DNA from: Eledone cirrhosa
Taxonomy: Eukaryota
Reading direction: 5' to 3'
Assembly (NCBI GenBank): GCA_964016885.1
Contig: OZ024761.1
Location: 9,238,001 to 9,302,000 of the forward strand
Length of the DNA stretch: 64,000 nt
Position numbers and translations under genes: made by a program. Below are positions 42,936 to 58,810 of this stretch, in pieces. Within the stretch, counting starts at the first letter, position 1, and every line of letters starts with the position of its first letter. The notes under the pieces are model-generated. The model was not told the origin of the DNA and did not search any database. It saw only the letters and a program-made list of their open reading frames with translations.

Positions 42936-44712
42936 ATGTTATATATACCTCTATATATTGTTATATCTATATCTATATGCTGTATATATATATCTATATA
43001 CTGTTATATATACCTCTATATATTGTTATATACCTCTATATACTGTTATATACCTCTATATACTGTTATATATCTCTCTATATACTGTATATATACCTCT
43101 ATATACTGTTATATATCTCTCTATATACTGTATATATACCTCTATATACTGTTATATATCTCTCTATATACTGTATATATACCGCTATATACTGTTATAT
43201 ACCTCTATATACTGTATATATATATCTATATACTGTTATATATACCTCTATATACTGTTATATACCTCTATATACTGTTATATATCTCTCTATATACTGT
43301 ATATATACCTCTATATACTGTTATATATCTCTCTATATACTGTATATATACCTCTATATACTGTTATATATCTCTCTATATACTGTATATATATCGCTAT
43401 ATACTGTTATATACCTCTATATACTGTATATATATATCTATATACTGTTATATATACCTCTATATACTGTTATATACCTCTATATACTGTTATATACCTC
43501 TATATACTGTTATATACCTCTATATACTGTTATATATCTCTATATACTGTTATATATCTCTCTATATACTGTATATATACCTCTATATACTGTTATATAT
43601 CTCTCTATATACTGTATATATACCGCTATATACTGTTATATACCTCTATATACTGTATATATATATCTATATACTGTTATATATACCTCTATATACTGTT
43701 ATATACCTCTATATACTGTTATATATCTCTATATACTGTTATATATATCTCTATATACTGTATATATACCTCTATATACTGTCACCAGTTGGTGCTACTG
43801 GTAACATGTATCCCAGTACAACCTGTCTCATGGTCGGGTCGTTGGCGACTAAACTGGCAACCCCACCAAGGTTTCTTCAAAGGGCAAAGGAGCTCTTAAG
43901 AGTCAATGGCCATCCAAAATCACCGGGAGAGATGACCCCTTAGCCTTTGTCAAAACAGAATACTAGGAGAAGGAAAACTCTGATATAACACCTGCAACCC
44001 TGACGGTATCCAATGATGTTGACTTGTTAATCTTTTTGGTAAATATCATCTTGGTTAAGAGAGTGGGACTGGCTTTGTGCAGTGCCTTTGCTCACTATAA
44101 AGGCTTCACGGCACAGACATTGCTTTATATCTGGAGATCTCTCTGCACTTGTCATCACATGGTGCCATGGGCCCAGCACTATGTGTCAATAGTTGTCACA
44201 AGTGTAGTGTTTGTACCAGAGTTTTCAAGTCGCTGGCTGGACTAAAAAGTCACACTCGTTCAGCGCATCGGTAGGGGTTCTCCTACATGGATATAAAGTA
44301 GTGGCCGTACTCGAAAACGAGCTGGCAGCCACCATATACTGTTATATACCTTTATATACTGTTATATATACCTCTATATACTGTTATATATACCTCTATA
44401 TACTGTTATATACCTTTATATAGTGTTATATATATCTCTATATACTTTTATATATACCTCTATATACTGTATATATACCTCTATATACTGTATATATACA
44501 TCTATATAGTGTTATATATATCTCTATATATTTCTATATACTGTTATATGTACCTCTATATACTGTTATATACCTCTATATACTGTTATATATACCTCTA
44601 TATTTCATGTTATATATACCTCTATATTATAATGTTATATATACCTCTGTATAATGTTATATATACCTCTATATACTTTATATATACCTCTATATACTGT
44701 ATATATACCTCT
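42936..44712. repeat. ~20-bp minisatellite (ctctatatactgttatatac), interrupted by an RTE-derived element
   Basis: Direct reading. Confidence 0.9.
43781..44333 (+). mobile_element. RTE-derived non-autonomous element with internal deletion
   Basis: Forward copy of 13777-14377 lacking about 50 bp. Confidence 0.75.
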
Positions 44713-44713
44713 A

Positions 44714-45162
44714 CTAGCAGTGGTACCCGGCGTTGCACGGGATAAGGTATTTTGGAACGCGGACCGCCAACAGACCTAATCGTGGAAAAACTGCATGCCT
44801 GGGCAATATGTAAAGAAAATAAACCGAATACTCTGATGGCTGGATAATCTTTAAGATTTTGCTCGATGAAGCAGGAAAAATGCAGGTTTTGACTTAATGC
44901 GAGCCCTAGGGGATCAAGAAAATGAATGTTTTTATGTGCATAATATGACTTTAAATTTCGGGAAAATTGGCTAGACGTAACGCCTCAAAAAAGCCCTAAA
45001 AAGCTCAAAAAATGAAGTTTTTCACCTAATGCAGGCTCTAGGCCATACAAAAGTTGGATTTTTTATGTGCATAACACTCCCTGAAACATAAGTAATACAC
45101 ATGTAAAGTTTGAAAAGAATCGGTTGGGTACTTCTCGAGTTTTAGGGATTCAAACTCACAGA
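44714..45162 (+). mobile_element. Non-autonomous Helentron/HINE (DINE-1-like) element
   Basis: Starts actagcagtggtacccggcgttgcacggg. 3' block atgtaaagtttgaaaagaatcggttg followed by (CA)n, as in HINE-type elements. Confidence 0.5.
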
Positions 45163-45262
45163 CACACACACACACACATACCTCTATATACATGTTTTAT
45201 ATACCTCTGTATTAAAAGCTATATATACCTCTATGTACTGTATATATCAATATCTCTATATA

Positions 45263-45827
45263 TGGCTTATTTGGTAGCCCAGTGATGGCCAGGTGATGGC
45301 TTATTTGGTGGACCAGTGATGGCTTGTTTGATAGTCAGGGATGACTTATTTGTTGGACCAGTGATGGCTGGTTTGATGGTCAGGTGATGACTTATTTAGT
45401 GGACCAATGATGGCTTGTTTGATGGTCAGGTGATGGCTTATTTGGCGGCCTGGTGATGGCTTGTTTGATGGTTGGTCAGGTGATGGCTTGTTTGATGGTC
45501 AGGTGATGGCTTATTTGGTGATCAAGTGATGGCTTATTTGTTGGCCTAGTGATGGCTTGTTTGATGGTCAGGCGATGGCTTATTTAGTGAACCAGTGATG
45601 GCTTGTTTGATGGTCAGGTGATGGCTTATTTGGCGATCGGGTGATGGCTTATTTGTTGGCCTAGTGATGGCTTGTTTGATGGTTGGTCAGGTGATGGCTT
45701 ATTTGTTGGCCTAGTGATGGCTTGTTTGATGGTCATGTAATGACTTTAGTGTTCCAGTTGTGGCTTGTTTGATGGTCAGGTGATGGCCTGTTTGATAGTC
45801 AGGTGATGGCTTGTTTGATAGCCAGGT
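45263..45827. repeat. ~23-bp minisatellite (ggtcaggtgatggcttgtttgat)
   Basis: Direct reading. Confidence 0.9.
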
Positions 45828-46265
45828 AATTATGTCACTGTTGCAATATAGGCTCAAGGCCAGAAACTGGGAGGAGGACTAGGGGAGAGGGGAAAGTTTA
45901 CGAAGTCATCCTCGGTATTTTACAGAAAGATGAAAGTCAAAGTTGACTCGACACGGAACAAACAGCGCTAAATAATTCATCCGACGCTCTAGCGATTCGG
46001 CCAATCCACTACCGTCTAGTCGTTTGACAATAAAATCTATTGATACGACATTTCAATCGATCGATCTTCCAAAGTTTATTATTGATCAGTCAAACCACAG
46101 ATATTGAATCTATCAAAGCAAATTATGGAAAGCTGTCATACTGAAAAAGCTAAATAAAATTCCTGATTAAAAATAATTCGCGATTAAAAAAACTTGCTGA
46201 TTAAAATTTGATATATCGCTTTTTAAATATCTCCTAATATGAGATCAAAGAGACGATTCGTGATC

Positions 46266-46320
<55 letters not shown>

Positions 46321-46546
46321 TAGATAGAGAGTATTTACGTATCGAGAGAGAGAAAAAAAGGGAGGGATAGGTGATACGTGTAGTTATTTGCCAATAGCGT
46401 ATGCAGAAGGTGCTCAATACTAGTGCCGGCAGTGTTAAATATTAGAAGTGTTAATATTTAGTGGGCGAGAGAGATAGCAGAGCGTAAGCACGTGGAAAAG
46501 TAAGAAATTGGAGAACAGACCGTTAATACATGTTTATTTAAAACAG

Positions 46547-46586
46547 CACCTACGTACGTTTCGCCCGGACGGGCTTCTTAAGGGCA
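46547..46586 (-). ncRNA. Hammerhead-like motif with variant core
   Basis: tgcc CTTAAGA a-gccc-gtcc-gggc GAAA cgtacg TA ggtg. The conserved core G5 is replaced by T. Confidence 0.45.
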
Positions 46587-47010
46587 TAAATAACAAAGTG
46601 TTCCTTACAAGGTTCGGAAAGTGTTTTTGGGGGTAAGTTCACGTCAGAGTTCATTCTTCGCAAAAAAAGCGTGATTTGATTTTGCAGTAGGTCAAGGGAG
46701 GTAACTCTGGCCGGAGTTAGGGCAGTCTTTCCCGGACAAACCTTTTATCCGTTACAAGATCTGGTTACAACCTTACCATTTCCGATACGCACAGGGTCAG
46801 GTAATCAACGCTTATTTTGAGACGTTTGTTTTTCTGCACCTGCCCGCCTGGGTCATTTGAAGCTGGGTCTGGGATGCATGGTTAGTTTCTGAATTGTTTT
46901 TTGCAGCGCCTGCAAAGCTTGTTACAGGGAGACCCGGTATACGGTTTCACTCCTCATCCTTATCCCATCTGAAGAAGGATATTTTTAAGCGATGTGTACA
47001 GCTTATCGTC

Positions 47011-47067
<57 letters not shown>

Positions 47068-47213
47068 TTTTGATTATGTATATTTTGATTATGTGAATAT
47101 TTAACATTTTGAATAATATATATATATATATATATAAAAGATAAACAGAAATAAGAACACAATCGGTACAGTATATGGAAGGTATATATTAGGTTAACGC
47201 TTGATATAGCAGG

Positions 47214-47249
47214 TCTTAACGTTTCGCACACTAGTCGTTCATCAGAAGA
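47214..47249 (-). ncRNA. Minimal hammerhead candidate
   Basis: tctt CTGATGA acgactagtgtgc GAAAcgTTA aga. Palindromic AACGTT; weak stem II. Confidence 0.5.
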
Positions 47250-47346
47250 AAGAATGAGAAATAAAATAGATTAAGGGGACGGGCGGGATGGAATTGGAAA
47301 AATGTCTTTAGATAAAAATAATAGGTCCATTCATGTTGACATCTCT

Positions 47347-47420
<74 letters not shown>

Positions 47421-47440
47421 GTATATATATATATATATAA

Positions 47441-47495
<55 letters not shown>

Positions 47496-47516
47496 TGTAT
47501 ATATATATATATATAA

Positions 47517-48270
<754 letters not shown>

Positions 48271-48340
48271 TGTATATATATATGTATATATATATATATA
48301 TATGTATATATCTATGTATATATATATGTATATATATATG

Positions 48341-48374
<34 letters not shown>

Positions 48375-48390
48375 TATAAATATATATATG

Positions 48391-48424
<34 letters not shown>

Positions 48425-48434
48425 TATAAATATG

Positions 48435-48485
<51 letters not shown>

Positions 48486-48598
48486 TATATATATATATAT
48501 GTTATATATATGTTATATATCTATATATATATATATATGTTATATATATGTTATATATCTATATATATATATATATGTTATATATATATATAAATATG

Positions 48599-48633
<35 letters not shown>

Positions 48634-48668
48634 GTATATATATATGTATATATATATATATATATATG

Positions 48669-48702
<34 letters not shown>

Positions 48703-48886
48703 CAAATTTGATATAGAAATGGTTTCATTAGAAGGAAATCTATTTCTGTATCAAATTTGTTGTTTAAACTCTATTAATGTATTGAGAACCAGTAATGTAC
48801 TGGGTAATTGGTGACCTTGTGCCAATAGTAGAAACAATTAATGTATTGAGTACCTTACTTACTGTGGTTACCGCCGATTGAACCCA

Positions 48887-48945
<59 letters not shown>

Positions 48946-48946
48946 T

Positions 48947-49125
48947 AGGGTGTGGTAAAAACCAGGTAGACCATAACCTACCAGAGTACTCAATACTTGG
49001 GGTAGTAGAGTGGGCAATATGAAAAGATTCAGGACCCCGACGGCTGAGCTCCGACTGTCGCTTTAATTCGGATCTAGCTGTCGAAACAACCGGATCTCAC
49101 CGTCGGAGTCCTGAATCTTTTCATA
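48947..49125 (-). mobile_element. Family A-related pLTR foldback
   Basis: gtactcaatac..ggtagtagagtggg, arms gaaaagattcaggac / gtcctgaatcttttc. Confidence 0.6.
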
Positions 49126-49204
49126 CACACATTAATATACACACACATATATACATCTTTATCTAAATACGTACTCCCATACACAAGATATATATATATA
49201 TAGT

Positions 49205-49476
49205 TGTTATATAGTCTAAGGCGGGTAAAATTCCCGAGATCCATGGACGAGTTCTCTCCAGCGGTCTCTGTCCCTCATTATCGCTGCCATGTCCTGCATC
49301 TCCAACAGACCAGTGTCTGTCCTTAGGGCATCAACATACGTTAACCTTGGTCTTCCTCTTCTAGTGTGTCCATGTTGGGGCTCCCACAGGAGCACTGAGT
49401 GCAATGTCAACTCTGGATGTCGGTGAGCATGTCCAGCTAACCTCAGTCTCCTCTCTGTCACTTTTGAGCTGATAAA
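49205..49476 (-). pseudogene. RTE-group LINE 3' fragment
   Basis: RRLRLAGH..LLWEP..RRGRPRLTYVD..DRDRWR. Confidence 0.85.
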
Positions 49477-49662
49477 CATGTTATATAGTAAGGTGTATTA
49501 TTGGTTGTGTCATACGGTCCAATAAATTTTGTCAGCAATATTAAGTTCTCCACGCTTTTGTATATCTCCAGTTCCATTTATGGGAACAGCTAGATGATGT
49601 AAAACGGAGTATTTGTATCAAAATAAAGATCCGTAGGCATGGTATAAATTTCCAATCATTTT

Positions 49663-49740
49663 AATCACGACACATGTTTCAATAAGAGATAGGTCGATCG
49701 TGTGGTCATGATCGATTATCACTGATCTCATCAGGTGAAT
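49663..49740 (-). ncRNA. Type I hammerhead candidate
   Basis: tcac CTGATGA (long imperfect stem II) GAAAc-atgt-GTC gtga. Confidence 0.6.
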
Positions 49741-50113
49741 AATGAAATGTCTTCAAATCTTTGATATGAGGGAGGGAAAACTAACGATGTTCACTCACTA
49801 GAGTTTTGTCCCCCATATGAAGATCAGCAGCCAAAACACGCCAACTGCTATCGTCTTCAGTCAGGGTCATAAATCTATCAAGTCTCTATCTCTCAATAGC
49901 TGTAAAAGACGCTGGACAGGTCTAATCTCACCATCAAATCTGTAGAATTTCAGTCGGTCACAATTAGTGTGAGTGAGTACACACACACTCACAAACACTG
50001 ACGCGAGGTCAGAGAAAAAATATATATACCAGCATAGTATGCACCGAAAGTTAGGTTACAAAACAACAAATGTTATATTGGTCAAATCTCAATTTTAACG
50101 ATGTAAATTAGTG

Positions 50114-50168
<55 letters not shown>

Positions 50169-51025
50169 TAAACAAATAATGAATAAAACAATGAAACAGT
50201 TCCTTATATTAAACAAAAAAAGTTCATTATTTAACGATCGTTTCTAGGATATATATGTGTTAGAATTGGCATGTATATTCAACAGATCTATGTATAAAAT
50301 TATACAAAATTATACAAACTATCAAGATTAAATATACATACCAACACATATATACGCCGTCTTCAGAAATAATGAAATATATTTATTGATAATAACAACA
50401 ATTCAAAATTTCAGGTCCGTTTGGGAACAAAATTGACCAATGAAAATACAAAAGGTTTTATGCAGTTCGGTGTGTGTATATACATGTAACTACCCCGTAC
50501 TCATATTTATACAAAAATGTATGCTCAACATGCATACGCTTGCCAAAAAGATGCATGCAAATACAAAATTTCAAGGTTAATGTCTCTGTAAGTTTATAAT
50601 GCACAGATAAGATGCGTATAGACACATAAATATGAAATAAGTGTATACACATATTCTCATACTCACACATATCCGTACAATCACACACACGCGCGCGTAT
50701 ATGCATAAACATACACATAATTACGAACATACACACACACACATACCCCCACACACATATATATATATGTGGATATAATATTATCATAAGCACATGGATA
50801 TTAATTCACTCACATAAACACTGCCACACACATTTAGATCAAGATACAGAAATTAGGTGGGAGGGGGGGAGAGGTCAGTATTCAACGGTTTGGGCAGACT
50901 GCTTATTTATAGATGTATCTATAAACTAAGAAATAAAAAATAAAAATTAAAAAGGAAAGAAAAGAAAAAGAAAAAAGAGAAAAAAGAAATATATCAAGAA
51001 AATATATATATATATATACATACAT

Positions 51026-51082
<57 letters not shown>

Positions 51083-51164
51083 CACACATCTACACTTAGA
51101 ACATACATACACACACATATATAAACATATACATATACACACATACACACATATACACACATAC

Positions 51165-51204
<40 letters not shown>

Positions 51205-51511
51205 GTATATACACATATAATCACACATACATATATAGACACACATATATATTCACATACACGCACATATACATACACATACATACTTATATACATACAG
51301 ATATACACATACATACCTATATATACACACAAATACATACATACATACATACATACATACATACACACAAATACTTACGCATCCATATATCGGTATATAC
51401 ATACAAACACCACTACACTCTCACACAACTCAGACATACAAAGAAAAAGGTATATACCTATACACATATACATATACAAATAGAGATACATATACATATA
51501 TATATATATAT

Positions 51512-51548
<37 letters not shown>

Positions 51549-51740
51549 CACATATACACACATACATATACATACACATACATACATGTACACACACATA
51601 CATATACATACATACACACATACACACATACATATATAGTCATACACACACATACACCTACACGAACATACACATACACATATATAAAGATATATATACA
51701 CACACACACATACACACACACACATATATATAAAAAATAA

Positions 51741-51785
<45 letters not shown>

Positions 51786-52609
51786 CACATATACATAGAC
51801 ATACATGTAGATACATACACATACATACATACATATACACACACATATATATATATATATACACACATAGACACATACATACATACACACACAACATACA
51901 TAACACACATATATACCCATACATAGACAAAGATATATATTCATACATACATACGCACTTACATATACTCATATATACAAATACATACGCATCCATATAT
52001 GCGTATATACATACAAACACCACTACACTCTCACACAACTCAGACATACAAAGAAAAAGGTATATACATATACATATATACACACATTAATAGAGATATA
52101 TATACACACATATATATATATATATACACATACATTTATATATATACACCTACACACACATACAACCATAAACACACATACAAACACACACATACACACA
52201 TATATACATACATATATATACACACACACAAAAAAAACACACATACACATATATATTTTTACACATATATATACACATATATATACATATACACACCCCC
52301 ACATATACACACATACACATAAGTTATATTATAATAATAAATAATATATATATATATATATATACGAATATAGACATATATACACACATAGATATACACA
52401 TATATATACATATACACACACACACACACACACTCACATATATATGTGCGCACACGCACACATATACACATACACACATATACACATAAACACATACATG
52501 TGCATACATGTACATACACACATATACCCACATAGATACGAAGATAGACATATATATAGAGAGACATACATATATATACACACATATATATATATATACA
52601 TACATACAT

Positions 52610-52661
<52 letters not shown>

Positions 52662-53445
52662 TCATACACATACACGCCCACACACATATACACATATACA
52701 CATATATATATACATATATATATACACATACACATATATATACACACACACATATATATACACACAATCTTACATTTTTATTTGCATGCGCATATGTGTA
52801 TTTTTATATTCAGATATAAATACCCAAACATATATACACCTACCTATATATATATTCATACATACACGCTTACAAACACAGATGATAATAGTATGGGGGA
52901 AAGGGGGGGGGGGTTGGAGAAGGGGATTATAGTAAATATATGTTTCAAGAAACATAGAATATTATCTGTATCTGGATCCAATGTATGTTTTTACATAGTT
53001 TCAGTGTTAGGAAATACAAGAAATAAGGCAAAATTTATGCATTTCAAAATAAGTATACCATTAATTATATGTTAACTAAACTAAAGATAGTTAACATATT
53101 GATTTCTAAGGTGTAAATTAGTTAGGTTTATAATATTTGAAGCAGAATTTTGAAGTTAAATAGTAGTAGAGTATTAATTATAGTATAACTAAATTAAAGT
53201 TATTAACGTTATGGTATCAATATTAGGAAATGAATTTAGTAATAGGGAAAAAACAAATAAAGTATTACATCGGTAGTAGAATATAAATTATAGGTTAACT
53301 AAATTAAAAATTATATATTAATTTCTATAGTATATGTTAATTAGGTATATAATAAATAAAACAGATATTGTATTTTATCAATAGCAGAATATAATTATAT
53401 GCAAATAGAAATCAAAATTAATACATATACATATACATATACATA

Positions 53446-53511
<66 letters not shown>

Positions 53512-54000
53512 TACGCATACATATACATACATACATATACATATTTTTTCAAAAATTGCAAAGAATATATTAACTAGGTATACATCCAAAACACATCCCA
53601 TTCTATGATTACATGACACTCTGCAATCCGTCTGTATAAGGATACTAATTTTAAGCCAATTAAATTAAATTTTTAGGTTGACTAAATTTAAAACCAAATT
53701 ATAAATATATTTCTAAAATGTATATTAATTAGGTCTATAATACTAAAGATTATTTCTCTGTCATTGGATACACGATATTTTGTTATATTTTATCTGTAAA
53801 GGAATTTTAATAAAAGGTTTAAATAAATTAAAATTAATCTATAAATTAAATTACTAAGTATATATTAGTAATATTTAAAAGTTTTTTCACAATTTATGAT
53901 TACACAATATTTTATATTCTCATCTGTAGTAGAATTTTAATTAAATTAAATTTATAGGTTAACTAACATTTAAATTAAATTAATTTCTAAAATAATGTTA

Positions 54001-54406
54001 TTAATTAGGTTTATAATATTTAAATGTTTTTTTTAGTTTATGATTACACGATATAATTAATTCCTGTCGTTTATTTAATAGGATATCCTTAGATTTCATT
54101 ATTTCAAATAGTTCTTGGGAACATAATCTACATTCATTTCTATTATTTTGATAAGGGGTGGCTCTTTTGAGCACACTCCAGGTCAAATCATATTCTATAT
54201 TCTTATTTTTATAACTATTGATTTTTTCTGCTAGAGATGTTGTATTAGCCAGTGCGGCATTTTTAAAACTATGCTTGTGGGTATTAAACCTTGTCTTAAA
54301 ATTGTTAGAGGTAGCTCCTATATATGAGCAAATAGAATCTTTAGTTTTAACATTACATTTATAGACTATGTTGTTAACAAGACAATTCCCTTTTAATGGG
54401 CAGTTT
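54001..54406 (-). pseudogene. PLE GIY-YIG endonuclease fragment
   Basis: NCPLKGNCLVNNIVYKC..YIGATSNNFKTRFNTHK..CRLCSQE..LLNKR..CNH. Confidence 0.88.
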
Positions 54407-54616
54407 GGTGTATATATGTTTGGGTATTTATATCTGAATATAAAAATACACATATGCGCATGCAAATAAAAATGTAAGATTGTGTGTATATATATGTGTG
54501 TGTGTATATATATATGTGTGTATATATGCATATGTATATATATGTGTATGTGTATATATATATGTATATATATATGTGTATATGTGTATATGTGTGTGGG
54601 CGTGTATGTGTATGAG

Positions 54617-54649
<33 letters not shown>

Positions 54650-55718
54650 ATGTATGTATGTATATATATATATATGTGTGTATATATATGTATGTCTCTC
54701 TATATATATGTCTATCTTCGTATCTATGTGGGTATATGTGTGTATGTACATGTATGCACATGTATGTGTTTATGTGTATATGTGTGTATGTGTATATGTG
54801 TGCGTGTGCGCACATATATATGTGAGTGTGTGTGTGTGTGTGTGTATATGTATATATATGTGTATATCTATGTGTGTATATATGTCTATATTCGTATATA
54901 TATATATATATATTATTATTTATTATTATAATATAACTTATGTGTATGTGTGTATATGTGGGGGTGTGTATATGTATATATATGTGTATATATATGTGTA
55001 AAAATATATGTGTATGTGTGTTTTTTTTGTGTGTGTGTATATATATGTATGTATATATGTGTGTATGTGTGTGTTTGTATGTGTGTTTATGGTTGTATGT
55101 GTGTGTGGGTGTATATATATAAATGTATGTGTATATATATATATATATATGTGTATATGTATCTCTATTAATGTGTGTATATATGTATATGTATATACCT
55201 TTTTCTTTGTATGTCTGAGTTGTGTGAGAGTGTAGTGGTGTTTGTATGTATATACGCATATATGGATGCGTATGTATTTGTATATATGAGTATATGTAAG
55301 TGCGTATGTATGTATGAATATATATCTTTGTCTATGTATGGGTATATATGTGTGTTATGTATGTTGTGTGTGTATGTATGTATGTGTCTATGTGTGTATA
55401 TATATATATATATATGTGTGTATATGTATGTATGTATGTGTATGTATGTACATGTATGTCTATGTATATGTGTATGTATATATATATATATATATATATC
55501 TTTATTTTTTATATATATGTGTGTGTGTGTATGTGTGTGTGTGTATATATATCTTTATATATGTGTATGTGTATGTTCGTGTAGGTGTATGTGTGTGTAT
55601 GACTATATATGTATGTGTGTATGTGTGTATGTATGTATATGTATGTGTGTGTACATGTATGTATGTGTATGTATATGTATGTGTGTATATGTGTATGTGT
55701 ATATATATATATATATAT

Positions 55719-55750
<32 letters not shown>

Positions 55751-56026
55751 GTATCTCTATTTGTATATGTATATGTGTATAGGTATATACCTTTTTCTTT
55801 GTATGTCTGAGTTGTGTGAGAGTGTAGTGGTGTTTGTATGTATATACCGATATATGGATGCGTAAGTATTTGTGTGTATGTATGTATGTATGTCTGTATG
55901 TATTTGTGTGTATATATAGGTATGTATGTGTATATCTGTATGTATATAAGTATGTATGTGTATGTATATGTGCGTGTATGTGTATATATATGTGTGTCTA
56001 TATATATATGTGTGATTATATGTGTA

Positions 56027-56073
<47 letters not shown>

Positions 56074-56155
56074 GTATGTGTGTATATGTGTGTATGTGTG
56101 TATATGTATATGTTTATATATGTGTGTGTATGTATGTTCTAAGTGTAGATGTGTG

Positions 56156-56212
<57 letters not shown>

Positions 56213-56862
56213 ATGTATGTATATATATATATATATTTTCTTGATATATTTCTTTTTTCTCTTTTTTCTTTTTCTTTTCTTTCCTTTTTAATTTTTATTT
56301 TTTATTTCTTAGTTTATAGATACATCTATAAATAAGCAGTCTGCCCAAACCGTTGAATACTGACCTCTCCCCCCCTCCCACCTAATTTCTGTATCTTGAT
56401 CTAAATGTGTGTGGCAGTGTTTATGTGAGTGAATTAATATCCATGTGCTTATGATAATATTATATCCACATATATATATATGTGTGTGGGGGTATGTGTG
56501 TGTGTGTATGTTCGTAATTATGTGTATGTTTATGCATATACGCGCGCGTGTGTGTGATTGTACGGATATGTGTGAGTATGAGAATATGTGTATACACTTA
56601 TTTCATATTTATGTGTCTATACGCATCTTATCTGTGCATTATAAACTTACAGAGACATTAACCTTGAAATTTTGTATTTGCATGCATCTTTTTGGCAAGC
56701 GTATGCATGTTGAGCATACATTTTTGTATAAATATGAGTACGGGGTAGTTACATGTATATACACACACCGAACTGCATAAAACCTTTTGTATTTTCATTG
56801 GTCAATTTTGTTCCCAAACGGACCTGAAATTTTGAATTGTTGTTATTATCAATAAATATATT

Positions 56863-57014
56863 TCATTATTTCTGAAGACGGCGTATATATGTGTTGGTAT
56901 GTATATTTAATCTTGATAGTTTGTATAATTTTGTATAATTTTATACATAGATCTGTTGAATATACATGCCAATTCTAACACATATATATCCTAGAAACGA
57001 TCGTTAAATAATGA
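56863..57014 (+). ncRNA. Type I hammerhead with ~115-nt stem II (mirror copy 50224-50375, -)
   Basis: tcattatt(t) CTGAAGA ...atatatgtgtt / aacacatatat... GAAA cgatcg TTA aataatga. Palindromic AACGATCGTT. Confidence 0.75.
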
Positions 57015-57960
57015 ACTTTTTTTGTTTAATATAAGGAACTGTTTCATTGTTTTATTCATTATTTGTTTAATATTTTATCTTGACTCTGTATACCGTTTAT
57101 CTTTCACCGAAAGTGATTTTTCATTACATCTCTTCTTTCCATGATATCCGGAATACATTGAGTTCTTCATACGGATTTGACACTACCGTAAACTCTTGGT
57201 AGATTTATCTACATATATATATATATATATATATATAACAGACACACACACACACGCACATATATATATATAACACACACACACACTCATATATACATAT
57301 ATATATATTATATCAGATGTGAGAAAAACCACAAACCCTCCATCTCAACTCTACTTTTGAAAAGCAGAAGAACTGTGAAAACCGGTAAAGGAACCAAATA
57401 AATATATATTTATATAAGACTCCAGTTGCATTTTTGATTTCATCTGTTTTCCTTATATTTATATATATATATATATATATAAATGAAGTAATTCCGTCGG
57501 AAAAGTCCAGGAAAAAAGAGTGCTCTATGTAGGTAACAGAGCTTAATAGTTATGTAATAAACAACATAAGGCAATTATTCCATTACAATGGAATAATTGC
57601 CTTATGTTGTTTATTACATAACTATATATATATATATACCAAGTAAGTATGTTTTGAAACAGTGAGCGAGTTTGAAATTAGAAAATATATAGCTTTCACC
57701 GTATTTTTAACTAAAGGAATTTTAGCTTGATAACTCGCTAAGAATGTAGTTTCTAATTTGAATGGAAAGAGACGGGTGATGTGTTGGTATAATGGTAGCA
57801 CAGTGGTCGCGATAACCACAGATGTGGGTTCGACTCCCATGTACGTCAATACTCATCTTTTTCCATTTATCTGAGGGTTCTAAACCCCGTTATCAAGCTA
57901 AAATTCCTTTAGTTAAAAATACGGTGAAAGCTATATATTTTCTAATATATATATACTTAT

Positions 57961-58148
57961 TTAATATAGAAAGGCTTCTACAGGGCTAGAACTGTTTCAT
58001 CCCGAAGAAATCACCAGGAAGCCCTGATGATTTCTCCGGAATGAAACAGTTCTAGTCCTGTAGAAGCCTTTCTATATTAAATATTTATACTCTGGTTTGT
58101 ATTGAGTACCTTACTTACTTTGGTTACCCCCCGATTGAAGCCGGGATA
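57961..58148. mobile_element. Family E pLTR foldback with hammerhead-like cores on both strands
   Basis: CTGATGA tttctccggaat GAAAcagttctaGTC at 58024. Inverted arm 57961-58023; tail with tattgagtac. Confidence 0.7.
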
Positions 58149-58150
58149 TA

Positions 58151-58206
<56 letters not shown>

Positions 58207-58277
58207 TATATGTATATATAATCGCGGAAGAGTGTGTCTATTAAATAGTATAATCCTAGACATACACAATATCTCAA

Positions 58278-58470
58278 TAATTGTTTCTACCTTTGGCTCA
58301 AGGCCAGCTATTAATCCCAGTGTATTACTGGTACTTTATTTTATCGACCCTGGAAGGATGAAAGGCAAAGTTAACCTCGGCGAGATTTGAACTCAGAATG
58401 GCAAGGGCCGTAACTCTATGCGTCAAAGCATGGCGTCCGACCCTCTACCCATACTGCCAATCCATCGCCC
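58278..58470 (-). mobile_element. Full-length SINE with 14-bp TSD
   Basis: TSD aatatctcaataat at 58268-58281 and 58472-58485. Confidence 0.85.
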
Positions 58471-58488
58471 TAATATCTCAATAATGCT

Positions 58489-58624
<136 letters not shown>

Positions 58625-58706
58625 GACACATACACACACACAGACAGACACACACACATACACACAACACACACACAACACACAGACACACACACACACA
58701 CACACA

Positions 58707-58810
<104 letters not shown>

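Larger units (their letters stand above)
50162..57211. mobile_element. Truncated PLE with ~2.7-kb inverted arms
   Basis: 50162-52840 mirrors 54407-57078 (identical ORFs 50458-50793 - and 56445-56780 +). GIY-YIG fragment in the spacer. Probable tail 57079-57211. Confidence 0.85.
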
